Assembly (NCBI RefSeq): GCF_004010195.1
Contig: NC_057751.1
Span: 10,057,457-10,121,456, forward strand
Direction: 5' to 3'
DNA: 64,000 nucleotides
Origin: Chiloscyllium plagiosum
Taxonomy: Eukaryota
The translations under genes were made by a program, and so were the position numbers. Below the pieces are notes generated by a model. The model saw nothing but the letters and a program-made list of their open reading frames with translations. It did no database searches and was not told where the DNA came from. Below, one piece after another: positions 51,468 through 63,558 of the stretch. Each line of letters opens with the position of its first letter. The first letter of the stretch is position 1.

Positions 51468-52008
51468 AAAATGTGTTGCTGGAAAAGCGCAGCAGATCAG
51501 ACAGCGTCAAAGGAGCAGGAGAATCAACGTTTCGGGCATAAGCCCTTCTTCAGGAATGAGGAGGGTGTGCCAAGCTGGCTAAGATAAAAGATAGGGAGGA
51601 GGAACTCGGGGGAGGGGCATTGGGAATACGATAGGTGGAAGGAGGCTAAGGTGAGGCTTTTCTTAGTCCCAACCCTCAGACTCAGCACCGCCTTCTTGAC
51701 CTGCAATCTTCTCTGACCTGCTGCGCTTTTCCAGCAACACATTTTTAAGCTCTGATCTCCAGCATCTGCAGTCCTCACTTTCTCCTAGATACATGCCATA
51801 TCTGCCACACTTTGCAAAAAGGCCTCACCTTAGCCTCCTTCCACCTATCGTATTCCCAACGCCCCTCCCCCGAGTCCCTCCTCCCTATCTTTTATCTTAG
51901 CCAGCTTGGCACACCCTCCTCATTCCTGAAGAAGGGCTTATGCCCGAAACGTTGATTCTCCTGCTCCTTTGATGCTGTCTGATCTGCTGCGCTGTTCCAG
52001 CAACACAC
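51468..52008. mobile_element. PLE fold-back insertion (51468-51785) plus a displaced mirror arm (51822-52008)
   Basis: 15-bp TSD tagatacatgccata (51453-51467, 51786-51800); 51822-52008 is the reverse complement of ~51471-51657. Confidence 0.85.
51926..51953 (+). ncRNA. Minimal type I hammerhead core (mirror copy at 51526-51553, minus strand)
   Basis: attc-CTGAAGA-a-GGGC-ttat-GCCC-GAAA-CGTT-gatt; core intact, GUU cleavage triplet. Confidence 0.75.
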
Positions 52009-52559
52009 TTTTTTCCAGTACTCCATTTTCAGTTGTTTCAATTCCCAATGATGACTTGTTTCCCAAAACAGGAATTTGGTCCTCACTTACTCTTACTTAC
52101 CCTCCTCTGAACTTGTAGCACTCTATTAGATCCAACTGTAACATTCTAAACCAATCTGTATCTTTCAGAGGCCATCTCTGTGACAGTTCCACCAATCTCT
52201 CATTGAACTATAGCTTCAACAAATCATAGCGCATTAATGTTGTTGAACATCCCAAGGCATTTCCGAGGGAGTTATAAAACAAAGTATGAAATTGAATTAA
52301 GCAGGGAGATATTTGGACAGATGACCAAAGATGCAAGTATTTGAGAATGGCATGAAGGAAGAATATGAGGTAGAAAGGCAATGTGGTATGTAGAGTGTAT
52401 GCCAGAGCATTGGGCCGAGGCTATTGAAGTGGAATAAATACAATTGGAGATACACAAGGCCAGAATGAGAGGAGAACAGAGACCTCTTGACAACAGATCA
52501 TGAACTCCTAGTTTCAAAGAGTGTCATTGATATTGTCTTTGTAAATGTTCTTTCTCTAT

Positions 52560-53200
52560 CTTCCAAACTCAAATTCCCTCAAGTTGGAAAAGTCCACTTC
52601 TGCCTCAGCCCCAAAATATATTAAGAAGACTCCTGTTGTTGGACCGATCATTTAATCCTGTTCTTCACTACGACACTTATTTCTTCGTTTTCCCACCATT
52701 ACACACAGCTCTGTTGACATTATTTGCCAGTTGGGTTGCATTGCCCTAATTGTCTCCTTTACACCAAGTTTATCCAAAATTTTTCCACCTTTATGTATCA
52801 CAAGGGTGCTCTGAGGACTTTGTTGAAAGGAGACTCAACTTTTCCTGAGCCACCATCATTCTGTTTAACTTGATTGACCCTGGTTCTCACATAGAACCAC
52901 ATTCTCGTATAAATCCATTCATTTTGTCTCAAAAAAGCTGTTGCTTAAGAATCCAGATGCATCCTTGAAGCTCCTGCATTTTTCAGCACACATGGAACTT
53001 CATCTAGTTTTACTTGGGTCATCTTCCTTATCTGTTTTCCCATAAATTTCACTTCTGTATTGGTGCTGTTTCCTACTGTCTCCCCACACTGGAAAATTTC
53101 ATCAACTTTGGTCCAAAATTCCATTGTTTCTTCAACTTCTTGTGACTATTACCTTCCCTCTTGAACTCCTTTACCTCCGATTCTGGGGATAGGGTGATCA
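52560..53200 (+). mobile_element. Heavily decayed PLE reverse transcriptase relic
   Basis: LENFINFG..FH..ISDSGDR-like text resembling 39120-39240. Confidence 0.45.
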
Positions 53201-53401
53201 AAATAGTCTTGGTTTTGTCAGTCTCTTGCTGTACATTGATGTATTCTGATGACTGCACATTGTAAACCAATGCTTTGCATATCTCTTTTGTTTGATGTCT
53301 TTGTGAATATATCTTCCTTTTCCTTTCAGCCTGTTTGACATGGTCCTTGACTGTGTCAATTCCATGTCCTAGAACTCTTCCCCACATCTTTGCTCTCTCC
53401 T

Positions 53402-53470
53402 CCCTGAGGCGGGAATTGAACCCGGGTCTCTGGTGCTGTGAGGAAGCAGTGCTAACCACTGTGCCACCGT
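53402..53470 (-). mobile_element. HE1 SINE tRNA-derived head fragment
   Basis: cggtggcacagtggttagcactgc..cccgggttcaattcccgcc on the minus strand. Confidence 0.8.
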
Positions 53471-53769
53471 GGACTTGAATGTGATGAGAGTGTTTCCGGA
53501 GGTGTCAGGCAGTGAATATAGAAGGTCTCTTAATTGCGTGCTGGACCCATTGACTATCTACAAATTGGCTTATGATTCCAGAATAAAGGACAAAAACATT
53601 TGGAAAGGACTATGTAATTGCAAATATCCAGTCTTTGAGAGTGTTCTGATGAATTCTTTACATTAACCATTCCCCTGTCTTTTTTCCTTCAAGATAATAA
53701 TGGAAACACTAATGTATGCTTTGATTTTGGTTCACATTCCAGTTTTATTTGAGCAGCAAAGGAAAGATT

Positions 53770-54180
53770 CTGTAGAATTTATGAACTTAAGGAGTGATCC
53801 GATTGATGTCTTTCAGATATTAACAGGAAAAGCCAGGATAGATGAAGATAAACTATTTCCAATGTTTGGGTTTATAGAACAAGCAGGTATAGTTTGAGAA
53901 ATAGGGCCATACTGTAAGGATACAACAGAAATGTAAGGATGCACTTAAGTATACAAAGGTTACAAAGGTGGGTAGAGGTTTGGAACTTTAGACCACAAAT
54001 GGCAGTTGATGCCAGATAAGTTGTTAATTTTAAATCAGAGATAGATTTTTGTTGAGCAGAGTTAATGAGGGATATGGGCCAAAGGCAGGTAATATGGAGT
54101 TAGACCACATATCAGCTATGATTTGGCTGAGTGGTGAAATAGGCTCAAGAGACTAAGTGGTCTACTCCTGTTCTTGTGTC
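53770..54180 (+). mobile_element. Decayed CR1 3' fragment
   Basis: LRSDPIDVFQIL..IDEDKLFP followed by a 3'UTR. Confidence 0.6.
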
Positions 54181-54818
54181 GACTCTGATGACTGTTGGAA
54201 AATTCAAACCTATCCTCAATGTTCAGAATGACAAAAATTCTGATTTCACTGTCCACGACCCCTCCCTCCCAACCTATGGAGAGTATGGAAGTCCTTGAGC
54301 AAAGCATCTGTTTGTCCAGAAAAGCATACTTGATATTTGTCCCATCATTGAGGTCTTTTACTCAAAAGCTACAGAATATCTATTTCCTGTTGAGCGATTA
54401 CATGTCTGGCTGTTGTTGTAAATAAAGGGCCATTGTCAATGAAAAGGTGTTCAATAGACTTAAGCCATGTCTTCTGCTTCTGAGAGTACACTCACTCCTC
54501 GTTATTCACTGATTTGTTACCTGTGAATTTGCAAACTTCTGCGGTCTGCCCCACCCCAATTTTGTTACACATTGATTCTTCCAGTCTGATCACAAGGACC
54601 TTCATGGTACATCGAGGAGCTACATGGGTTCAGGATCCATGGTTTTTGCATTCTGTAGATAATCTGCGCCCCTATCCCCCACTGCTAATAAGGATTTAGT
54701 GTTATCACATTGGCTGACCCCTGCTGGGAGGTTTGCATGGATCTTCTGTAAGAGCAAGACCTATCTTTTCTGCATTATTTTCTGCTCACACTTTGTAGCT
54801 GTGCTCTCGTATTGAATA

Positions 54819-55049
54819 CTGGATCAGTGGTGCTGGAAGAGCACAGCAATTCAGGCAGCATCTGAAAACCTTCGAAATCGACATTTCGGGCAAAAGCCCT
54901 TCATCAGGAATATGATGAAGGGCTTTTGCCCGAAACGTCGATTTCGAAGCTCCTCGGATGCTGCCTGAATTGCTGTGCTCTTCCAGCACCACTGATCCAG
55001 AATCTGGTTTCCAGCATCTGCAGTCATTGTTTTTACCTCGTTGTTTTTA
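54819..55049. mobile_element. Young PLE fold-back palindrome
   Basis: ~90-bp near-perfect arms; 14-bp TSD tctcgtattgaata (54805-54818, 55050-55063); hammerhead core at 54880-54907 on minus. Confidence 0.9.
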
Positions 55050-55247
55050 TCTCGTATTGAATAACCATTTGACTGAAATACCCACACTGAGAGTAGCACT
55101 CATGTCACTCTACCCCAAGAATGTATCTGAGTCCACTGGAACAAAAGACAGCAAATAGGTGAGGAACGGGAATAATTTTGTGAGTTCATCCTTTTTTGCT
55201 GAGGTACACTGAGCAGAGGAAGCAAGGGTGGGTTAAAAAGATTTGTT

Positions 55248-55470
55248 CTAGATCAGTGGTGCTGGAAGAGCACAGCAATTCAGGCAGCATCCGACGAGCA
55301 GCAAAATCGATGTTTCGGGCAAAAGCCCTTCATCATTTATTCCTGATGAAGGGCTTTTGCCCGAAACGTCGATTTTGCTGCTCGTCGGATGCTGCCTGAA
55401 TTGCTGTGCTCTTCCAGCACCACTGATCCAGAATCTGGTTTCCAGCATCTGCAGTCATTGTTTTTACCTC
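55248..55470. mobile_element. Young PLE fold-back palindrome
   Basis: ~88-bp near-perfect arms; 14-bp TSD taaaaagatttgtt (55234-55247, 55471-55484). Confidence 0.9.
55343..55370 (+). ncRNA. Canonical minimal type I hammerhead ribozyme core
   Basis: attc-CTGATGA-a-GGGC-tttt-GCCC-GAAA-CGTC-gatt: all core nucleotides present, ACGU stem III palindrome, GUC cleavage site. Confidence 0.8.
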
Positions 55471-56499
55471 TAAAAAGATTTGTTGTTCATTTCCAATTTA
55501 GATTTTTTTTCTGCTTTTGTATTCCTCAGAAAGTTGTTCTCCAACTGCATCTCATTTGGATCTTTGAAAGTATGAGCAATTTCTTGAAAATCTTTGCATA
55601 CGAAGGAATCCTTCATTATTTTGGCACAGAATAACAAGTGCAAGAACCCAGCCTGTGAAGCTTCGAACATCGACACACAAGTCTTTGGACGAGACTTTGT
55701 GGATTGAGGGCTGGCATACAAAGGGTAGAGTTTCTCACACATCAGCATAGAGGGTTCCCTTTGTGCAGCACACATCGAATTAAATGACTGCATTTTGTAA
55801 TAAATTCATTGTCAGCTTCCTGTGCTGTACATGAGCTGGCCAGTGCTTATCGTCACTACACATGCAACAGGAACTCCTGCACCTTCCTTAACGATACAAC
55901 TGCTGAACAGGACAACGTCACTTTACACAGTCGACCACACTATATATAAGGATAAGTCTGCTTTCTCGTATGAGATTCAGGACTATTTGCCTGTGATGAT
56001 GTTGTGCAAATTAGGCTGGGCACCATTCCAGATGTTGGTTATTATGTGGTTTTGGTTCTGCACAGCACTGTTCAACTACCACCCTGAACCCATAGCCAAC
56101 TGTTGACTTTAGAAATTTAAAGGCTGAAGAGATTCCTTTTTCCGGCCATTTCAAAAGCACATGGTTTTAAAACTACCCAGAATCCTGAGAAGAAGTGATA
56201 GCTATTGCCATAGGAACCTGTGAAAAACAATGGATGGGGACCAGCAATGTCGAACTGAGGCGAAGCAAAAGGTATGTGAAACAAGTGGGTGAGTTGGACT
56301 GAGACAGTACCTAGCTTGAGTTCACCTTTGTGTACAAGTATAGATTATATTTCATTGTAAAATTTTCTATTACTGTTTTATTACTGGTTTTGGCACAAAA
56401 CTTGAACTTAACAAGATTACACCAACCGACACTGAGACTGTTGTGTGAACTACTGCTGTCACAGTGCAGCCTATAGTTTGTTCATCTTATGCTGTGAGC

Positions 56500-59400
56500 A
56501 TGTCCCACCTGGCCCATATCCCTCCAAACCCTCCCTATACATATGCCCATCCAGGTGCCTTTTAAATGGTGCAATTGTCCTCGCCTCCACCACTTCCTCT
56601 GGCAGCTCATTCCATGCACATGAAAATTCCATTCCTCTGCATGAAAAAATTGCCCCTTAAGTCTCTTTTATATCTCTCCCCTCTTACCCTAAACTATGCC
56701 CTCTAGCTCTGGATCCCCCACCCCAGGGAAAAGACTTTGTCTATTTATCCTATCCATGCCCCTCATAATTTTGTAAACCTCTATAAGGTCTCCCCTCAGC
56801 CTTCAACGTTCCAGGGAAAAAAGCCCCAGCCCGTTCAGCGTCTCCCTATAGCTCAAGTCCTCCAATCCTGGCAATGCCCTTGGAAATCTTTTCTGAATCC
56901 TTTCAAGTTTCACAGTTGCATGCAATCTTCCAACAGGGCCTAACCAATGTCCTGTACAGTCGCAACATGACCTCCCAGTTCCCATACTCAACACTCTGAC
57001 CAATAAATGAAAGCATACCAAACGCTGTCTTCACTGCGACTCCATTTCATGGAGCTATTAACCTGTACTCCAAGAATTCTTTGTTCATCAACTCTCCCGA
57101 GGACCTTACGATTAAGTATATAAGTTCTGGTAAGATTTGCTTTCCCAAAATGTAGCACCTTGCACTGATCTAAATTAAACTCCACCTGCCACTCATCAGC
57201 CCATTGGCCCATTGTAATCTGAGGTAACCTTGTTAGCAGTCCACTACACCTCTAATTTTGGTGTCATCTGCAAACTTACTAACTATACCTATTATGCTCA
57301 CATCCAAATCATTTATATAAATGATGAAAAGTAGTGGACCCAACATCCAACAACCTTCCACCATGAGCCTATTTCTTCTACCTTTGAGCCAGTTCTGCAT
57401 CTAAATGGTTAGTTCTCCCTGTATTCCATGAGATCTAACCTTGCTAACCAGTCTCCCATGGGGAACCTTGGCAAACGCCTTATTGAAGTCCATATAGATC
57501 ACGTCCACCACTCTGCTCTCATCAATCCTCTTTGTTACTTCTTCAAAAAACTCAATCAAGTTTGTGAGACATGATTTCCAATGCACAAAGCCATGTTGAC
57601 TATCCCTAATCAGTCCTTGCCTATTTTAAAACTAATAGAATTATGGTCGCTGGCCCAAATACATGTCCATCCTGTCCCTCAGGATTCCCTCCAACAACTT
57701 GCCCACCACTGATGTCAGGCTCACTGGTCTATAGTTCCCTGGCTCGTCCTTACCACTTTTCTTATACAGTGACACCATGTTAGCCAACCTCTAGTCTTCT
57801 GGCACCTCACCTGTGACTATCGATGATACAAATATCTCAGTAAGAGGCTCAGCAATCACTTCTCGAGCTTCCCACAGAGTTGTAGGGTACACCTGATCAG
57901 GTCCTGGGGACTTATTCACTTTTAAGCGTATCAAGACATCCAGCACTTATTCCTCTGTGATATGGACATTTTTCAAGATGTCACCATCGATTTCCCTGCA
58001 TTCTATATTTTCCATATCCTTTTCCGCAGTAAACGCTAATGCAAAATACTCATTTAGTATCTTCCCCATCTCCAGTGGCTCCACACAAAGGCCGCCTTGC
58101 TGATCTTTGAAGGGCCTTAGTCTCCCTCGTTACCCTTTTGTCTTTAATGTATTGGTGAAAACCCTTTGGATTCTTCTTAACTCTATTTGCCAAAGCTATC
58201 TCAAGTCCCCTTTTTGCCTGCCTGATTTCCCTCTAAACTGTACTCCTACTGCCTTAATACTCTTCTAAGGATTCACTCAACCTCTCCTGTCTATACCTGA
58301 TATATGCTTCCTTTTTTTCTTTACTAAACCCTTAATTTCTTTAGTTATTCAGTATTCCGTACACTTCCCAGCCTTTCCTTCACTCTAACAGGAATATACT
58401 TTCTCTGCACTCTTTTTATCTCATTTCTGAAGGCTTCCCAGTTTCCAGCCGTCCCCTTACCTGCAAATCTCTGCACTGAATCAACCTTTGAAAGTTCTTT
58501 CCTAATACTATCAAAATTAGCCTTCTTCCAATTTAGAACTTCAACTTTTAGATCTGGTCTATCCTATTCCATCACTATTTTAAAACTAATAGAATTATGG
58601 TCGCTGGCCCCAAAGTGCTTCCCCACTGACAGCTCAGTCACCTGCCCTGCCTTATTTCCCAAGAGCAGGTAACGTTTTGCACCTTCTCAAGGAGGTACAT
58701 CCACAAACTGAATCAGAAAATTTTCTTGTACACATTTAATAAATTCCTCTCCATCCAACCCCTTAGCACTATGGCAGTCCCAGTCTATGTTTGGAAAGTT
58801 AAAATCCTGAACCATAATCACCCTATTATTCTTACAGGTAACTGGGATCTCCTTACAAATTTGTTTTTCAATTTCCCTCAGACTATTAGGGGGTCCATAA
58901 TACAATCACAATAAGGTGATCATCCCTTTCTTATTTCTCAGTCCCACTCAAATAACTTTCCTGGATGTATTTCCGAGAATATCCTCCCTCAGTACAGCTG
59001 CAATGCTATCCCTTATCAAAGTACCACTCCCCTTCCTCTCGTGCCCCCCTTTCTGTCCTTCCTGTAGCATTTGTATCCTGGAACATTGCGCTGCCAGTCC
59101 TGTCCATCCCTGAGCCATGTTTCTATAATTGCTATGATATCCCAGTCCTGTGTTCCTAACTATGTCCTGAGTTCATCTGCTTTTCCTGTTGGATCTCTTG
59201 CATTGAAATAAATGCAGTTTAATTTATTAGTCCTACCTTGTTTCTACTTCGTTACTGCCAGCCCTGACTGTTTGACTTGCTTCCTTTCTCAACTGTACCA
59301 GTCTGAGATTGATCTCTGTCCTCACTATCTCCCTGGGCCCTACCCCCTGACCTAACTAGTTTAAATCCTCCTGAGCAGCTCTAGCAAGTTTCCCCTGCCA

Positions 59401-60775
59401 GTATATTAGTCCCTTTGCAATTCAGGTGCAGTCCATCCTCTTGTACAGGTCACTTCTGCCCCAGAAGAGATTCCAATGATCCAAAAATATGAATCCTTCT
59501 CCCATACACCAGCTCCTCAGCCTTTAATTCACCTACCCTATGTCATTGGTTCCAGTGTGTACAATGACCTCCTGTTGGGCCCTCTCTCCCTTGAGAATAT
59601 TCTGCACTCTCTCTGAGACATCCTTGATCCTGGCACCAGGGAAGCAACACACCATTCTGATTTTTCGCTGCTGGCCACAGTAATGTCTGTCTGTGCCTCG
59701 GACTAGAGAGTCCCCTAACACAATGTATCTCTTGGAACCCGACATCGCCCTCATTACATTAGAGCCAGTCTCGATACCAGAAACCTAGCTGTTAGTGCTA
59801 CATTTTCCTGAGAATCCATCACTCCCTACATTTTCCAAAACAGCATACTTGTTTGAAATGGGAGTAGCCACAGAAGACTCCTGCAATACCTGCCTATCTC
59901 TTTTAACTTGTCTGGAGTTAACCCATCTATGTAAGTATCTGAGACTTTTCTCCCTTCCTATAACTGCCATCCATCACACCCCCTTGCTCTTGTAAATTTC
60001 TCATTGCCTCTAACTGTTGCTTCAACTGATCCATTCAGTCTGATAAGATTTGCAACCAATGGCATTTATTGCAGATATAATCTTCAATAACATGTAAGCC
60101 ATCCCTAAACTCTCACATCTGACAAGAAGAGCATATAACTTTACTAAGGGCCATTTTTGCTTCTTACAATCTACAGACTCAGAAAATAGCACTGTCTTAT
60201 TCTTCTACAAAACACTGCTCCAGGCTAACTTAATACTTGTGGCTTATATTATTAAGTTCAATCAAGAGACGTATCTCAAATAAAACATATAATCAAGAAA
60301 GAACCCACTCTACTCACTATTGTACATTTAAAGCAAGGCTATGCTTAAAATATTCACTTATCTGTTTCTGTGCTGTGATCTCTCCCAAATAGGTTCCTCC
60401 AAGATCAGTTTGAATTTCACCCGTCAGTTAATTTTCCTAGAGGCACTCCAATGTCCAGCGATACATGAATTCAACAGCAAAGGCAGTGACTGCGCAGGTT
60501 CACTGCTGTATCAGTTAGCAGTGTGGTGTGGGTTTCTCTCTCTCTGTCTCTCTCTCCCCCTGCACTGACCTGACCATGTGCTGCCTTTGTCTGTCCCTCT
60601 CCCTTTTAAATGTGCCTTTGTTTTGACTTTTTTTTCCTCCAAAGTTCCAAAACAATGCAGCAGCATATAACACATTAATTGCTGCTCCTGGAATTCGAGG
60701 AAATCTCCTTCAACATCTAAAATACCTCAGAAAAGCCTGTTACAGCTAGAATTTTTTCTCGTCCTCCATCTTGGC
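56500..60775 (-). mobile_element. Near full-length decayed CR1 LINE with 5'UTR, ORF1 (zinc finger/zipper + SGNH esterase) and ORF2
   Basis: ORF1 ATG at 60154 (MALSKVICSSCQM..ICNKC); IVLGDSLVRG..CFPGARIKDV..VHTGTNDIG; DFNFPNIDW; SCLTNLIEFFEEVT..YMDFNKAF. Confidence 0.93.
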
Positions 60776-60911
60776 AGATCCATAAATTGCTGAGTTCAAC
60801 TGTTGTAACTGTCAGTCTTTTCTGTGCAGGTGTTGAACATTCGTGGCATTGGAAATTGTGCTCCTGGGACTCTGCAAGAACAACATAGTTCCAGAAACGT
60901 AAGCATTTGAT

Positions 60912-61412
60912 CATAGAGTCAGAGAAATGTGTGGCACGGAAACAGCCTCTTCGGTCTAACTCATCCATGCCAACCAGATATCTTAACTTAATCTAGTCCC
61001 ATTTGCCAGCACTTGACCTATATCCCTCTCAACCCTTCCTATTCATATACCCATTCAGATGCCTTTTAAATGTTGTGATTGTACCAACCTCCACCATTTC
61101 CTCTGGCAGCTCATTCCATACATGCACTACCCTCTACGTGAAAAAGTTGCCCCTTAGATCCCTTGTAAATTATTCCCCTGTCACCCTAAACCTATGCCCT
61201 ATAGTTCTGGAATCCCCCACCCCAGGGATAAGACCTTGTCTATTTATCCTATCCATGCTCCTCATGATTTTGTAAGCCTCTATAAGGTCACCCCTCAGCC
61301 TCCGACTCTTCAGGGAAGACAGCCCCAGCCTACTTAGCCTCTCCCTATAGCTCAAATCTTCCAAACCTGGCAACATCCTTGTAAATCTTTTCTGAACCCT
61401 TTCAAGTTTCAC
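60912..61412 (-). mobile_element. CR1 3' fragment
   Basis: KLERVQKRFTRMLPGLEDLSYRERL..RGDLIE; same family as 930-1610. Confidence 0.9.
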
Positions 61413-62209
61413 AACCGTTGAGCATTGCTGTCTGCCGGGGAGAGGATTTCAGTGAAAATATTTTTAATGAAAATTGTGAAAGAGGGAAAGTAATAGACTT
61501 TATTATGATGCTGTGGCTGTTGGACTTTCTCTTGGAATATGCACTTGTTATCAGAAGATAGATATGCACCAACTTAGTAAATGATCTTTGTTTTAAAAAC
61601 AACTTTGTCTTGGGTTTTGCAATGAAAGTGTTAGTCATTGCTTAAACAGGAGCAAATGACTCAAACGTATCAGAAATAGTACATCGAAGCACTGAGGAAG
61701 CAAAGGCAAAAGATCTCCAAGCTTGAAACCAGAACTGAGATGTTACAGATATTAGGAAACAAAAGAGACTGTGTTTATTTTCTCAAATAAGTATAAAGGG
61801 GAAGATTGACCTCACAAAAGTCTTTAAAAATTTGAAACAGGTTTGATGAGATTTATCCATATGTTTCTTCAGAACTCCAAAACCACAGATCATAAATGTG
61901 ATTGTCACTCATAAATTCTGAGGGAATCCAGTAGAAACATCTTCATCTCGACATTGACAAGACTGCAGAACATGCTGCCATGTGGATGAATCCAAAAGAC
62001 GGCAAGAGAAATATGAGTGTGAAAGGAACAGAAAGTTATACCATTTGGGTTTGTTTAAATTAGCTGTTGGGAGGAGTTTTGTGTGGAATTTAAGCATATT
62101 CATAGCCAGTTGTATTGAATGGCTGTAAATTCAATATGAAACGATGTAACACCTCAGATATTTTCCTCTTGGTTCTAAATTTATTTATATGAATGCACAC
62201 AAATAAAGA

Positions 62210-62880
62210 GGTTTGGAACAGGAGCCGAGTTGGTTGAATGGTCAGCTGCACCATCAGTATGATGATGGCTGATCCCATTATGTTACATTCCTGCCTGTCC
62301 CTAATAAACTTGCTCACAAAGAATCCATCCACCTCTGCCGTAAAGATGTTTAAATATTTTGTTTCCACTGCTTTATGAGGAAAAAACTCACAACTGCCTC
62401 TGAGAAAAAAGTTTCTCCTCATCTCCATCTGAGATTAACACCCTATCATTTTTATCCCTTCATTTGATTGCCTTACAAGATCTCACATTGTTTCCAAATG
62501 GTACACGTTAAATGTTGTACTCTGATATGTTTCAATCACGAAGCTGATTACTCTTCTGAACTCCATCAGATACAAGCCTAGCCTGTCTAGTCTTTCCTAG
62601 TAGCACAGTCTGCCCATTGCAGGTATTAGTCTGCTAATGTTTTCTTTATTGCTTTCTTCTTTGCTTCGGTAAGGACACGAGTAATGTACACAGTACTCTA
62701 TGTATTCTCACCAGTGTCCTGCACAAACTGAAGCATAATCTCCCTATTATTATACTTTGTTCCCTTTATGCTAAGTAATAATATTCTACTAGCTTTGCTA
62801 ATTGCTTGCTGTACCTTTCTGCTAACTTTTGGTGAATCATGAACAAGAATGTCCAGATTTCTTTGCATCTCAGACTCTGT
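62210..62880 (-). mobile_element. Decayed CR1 3' fragment
   Basis: gaaaaagtttctcctcatctc, atgtacacagtactcta..caccagtg, CR1 3'UTR. Confidence 0.6.
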
Positions 62881-63263
62881 AATTTGTTCTCATCAGAATG
62901 AACCACCATTCCTGTGTGTGCTTCTTGAAAAGATTTATGCGAAAAGGATATTTATTGAAGAATTGCTCCAAATTCCAAGGACTCAGGCTAAAATAAGCAC
63001 ATTTCTTGATGACATAGAACATCTAGTTTTTATCTGGACTATCTTTCAGATTCATCAAAACGTCAGACAGCTTTGACCCTGATTGTGTGATCAAAGATGA
63101 AATTTTGTTGTGTGAACATATGTGAATTGATTTCCACCCTGTGTTCTGGTCCTGACAAATTGGGAGGTCTTCTTCAAACTTACTTCATTGAAAGTAAAAT
63201 GCTCACTGTTTATCCCAACAGTAACAGAAGATTAATGAATTAATGAACTCTTTCTCTCTTTAG

Positions 63264-63417
63264 TATGGCAGCTTCCTCACCTCCCTGGGCAGGAATGTTT
63301 CTGCTTGTGCATGATGTTCTCTTTTGTGCTGCTTTTCAGGGTTTGCTGGGTATGTGTTTACGTCCACATGTGGCTGATGATGTTCGTAATGGGAATGAAG
63401 TGCTTAAATCTATGCCT
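63264..63417 (+). CDS. Candidate coding exon of an unidentified gene (MAASSPPWAGMFLLVHDVLFCAAFQGLLGMCLRPHVADDVRNGNEVLKSMP)
   Basis: Acceptor ctctttctctctttag|, donor CCT|GTGAGT, 51 open codons from ATG 63265, hydrophobic N-terminal stretch. Confidence 0.6.
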
Positions 63418-63558
63418 GTGAGTAGCTAGAGCCTTGCAGATTCAGAATGAAATTATGACGGTTCATGTGATACGTGTTTGTATATATTTCAACATTCTTG
63501 CTAACATCAGGAGTTCTTCAAGGCTTTGGATTCAGGATTGCTATTACTTGTATTCCAG

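Noticed and set aside
54819..55470. CRISPR array, miRNA precursor or DNA-transposon MITE
   Set aside because: The arms are Penelope terminal sequence with variable 7-19 bp TSDs across copies and an asymmetric tail; there is no repeat-spacer periodicity
62849..63076. 75-aa ORF as an upstream exon of the candidate gene
   Set aside because: Starts in CR1 debris and ends in a stop with no splice donor
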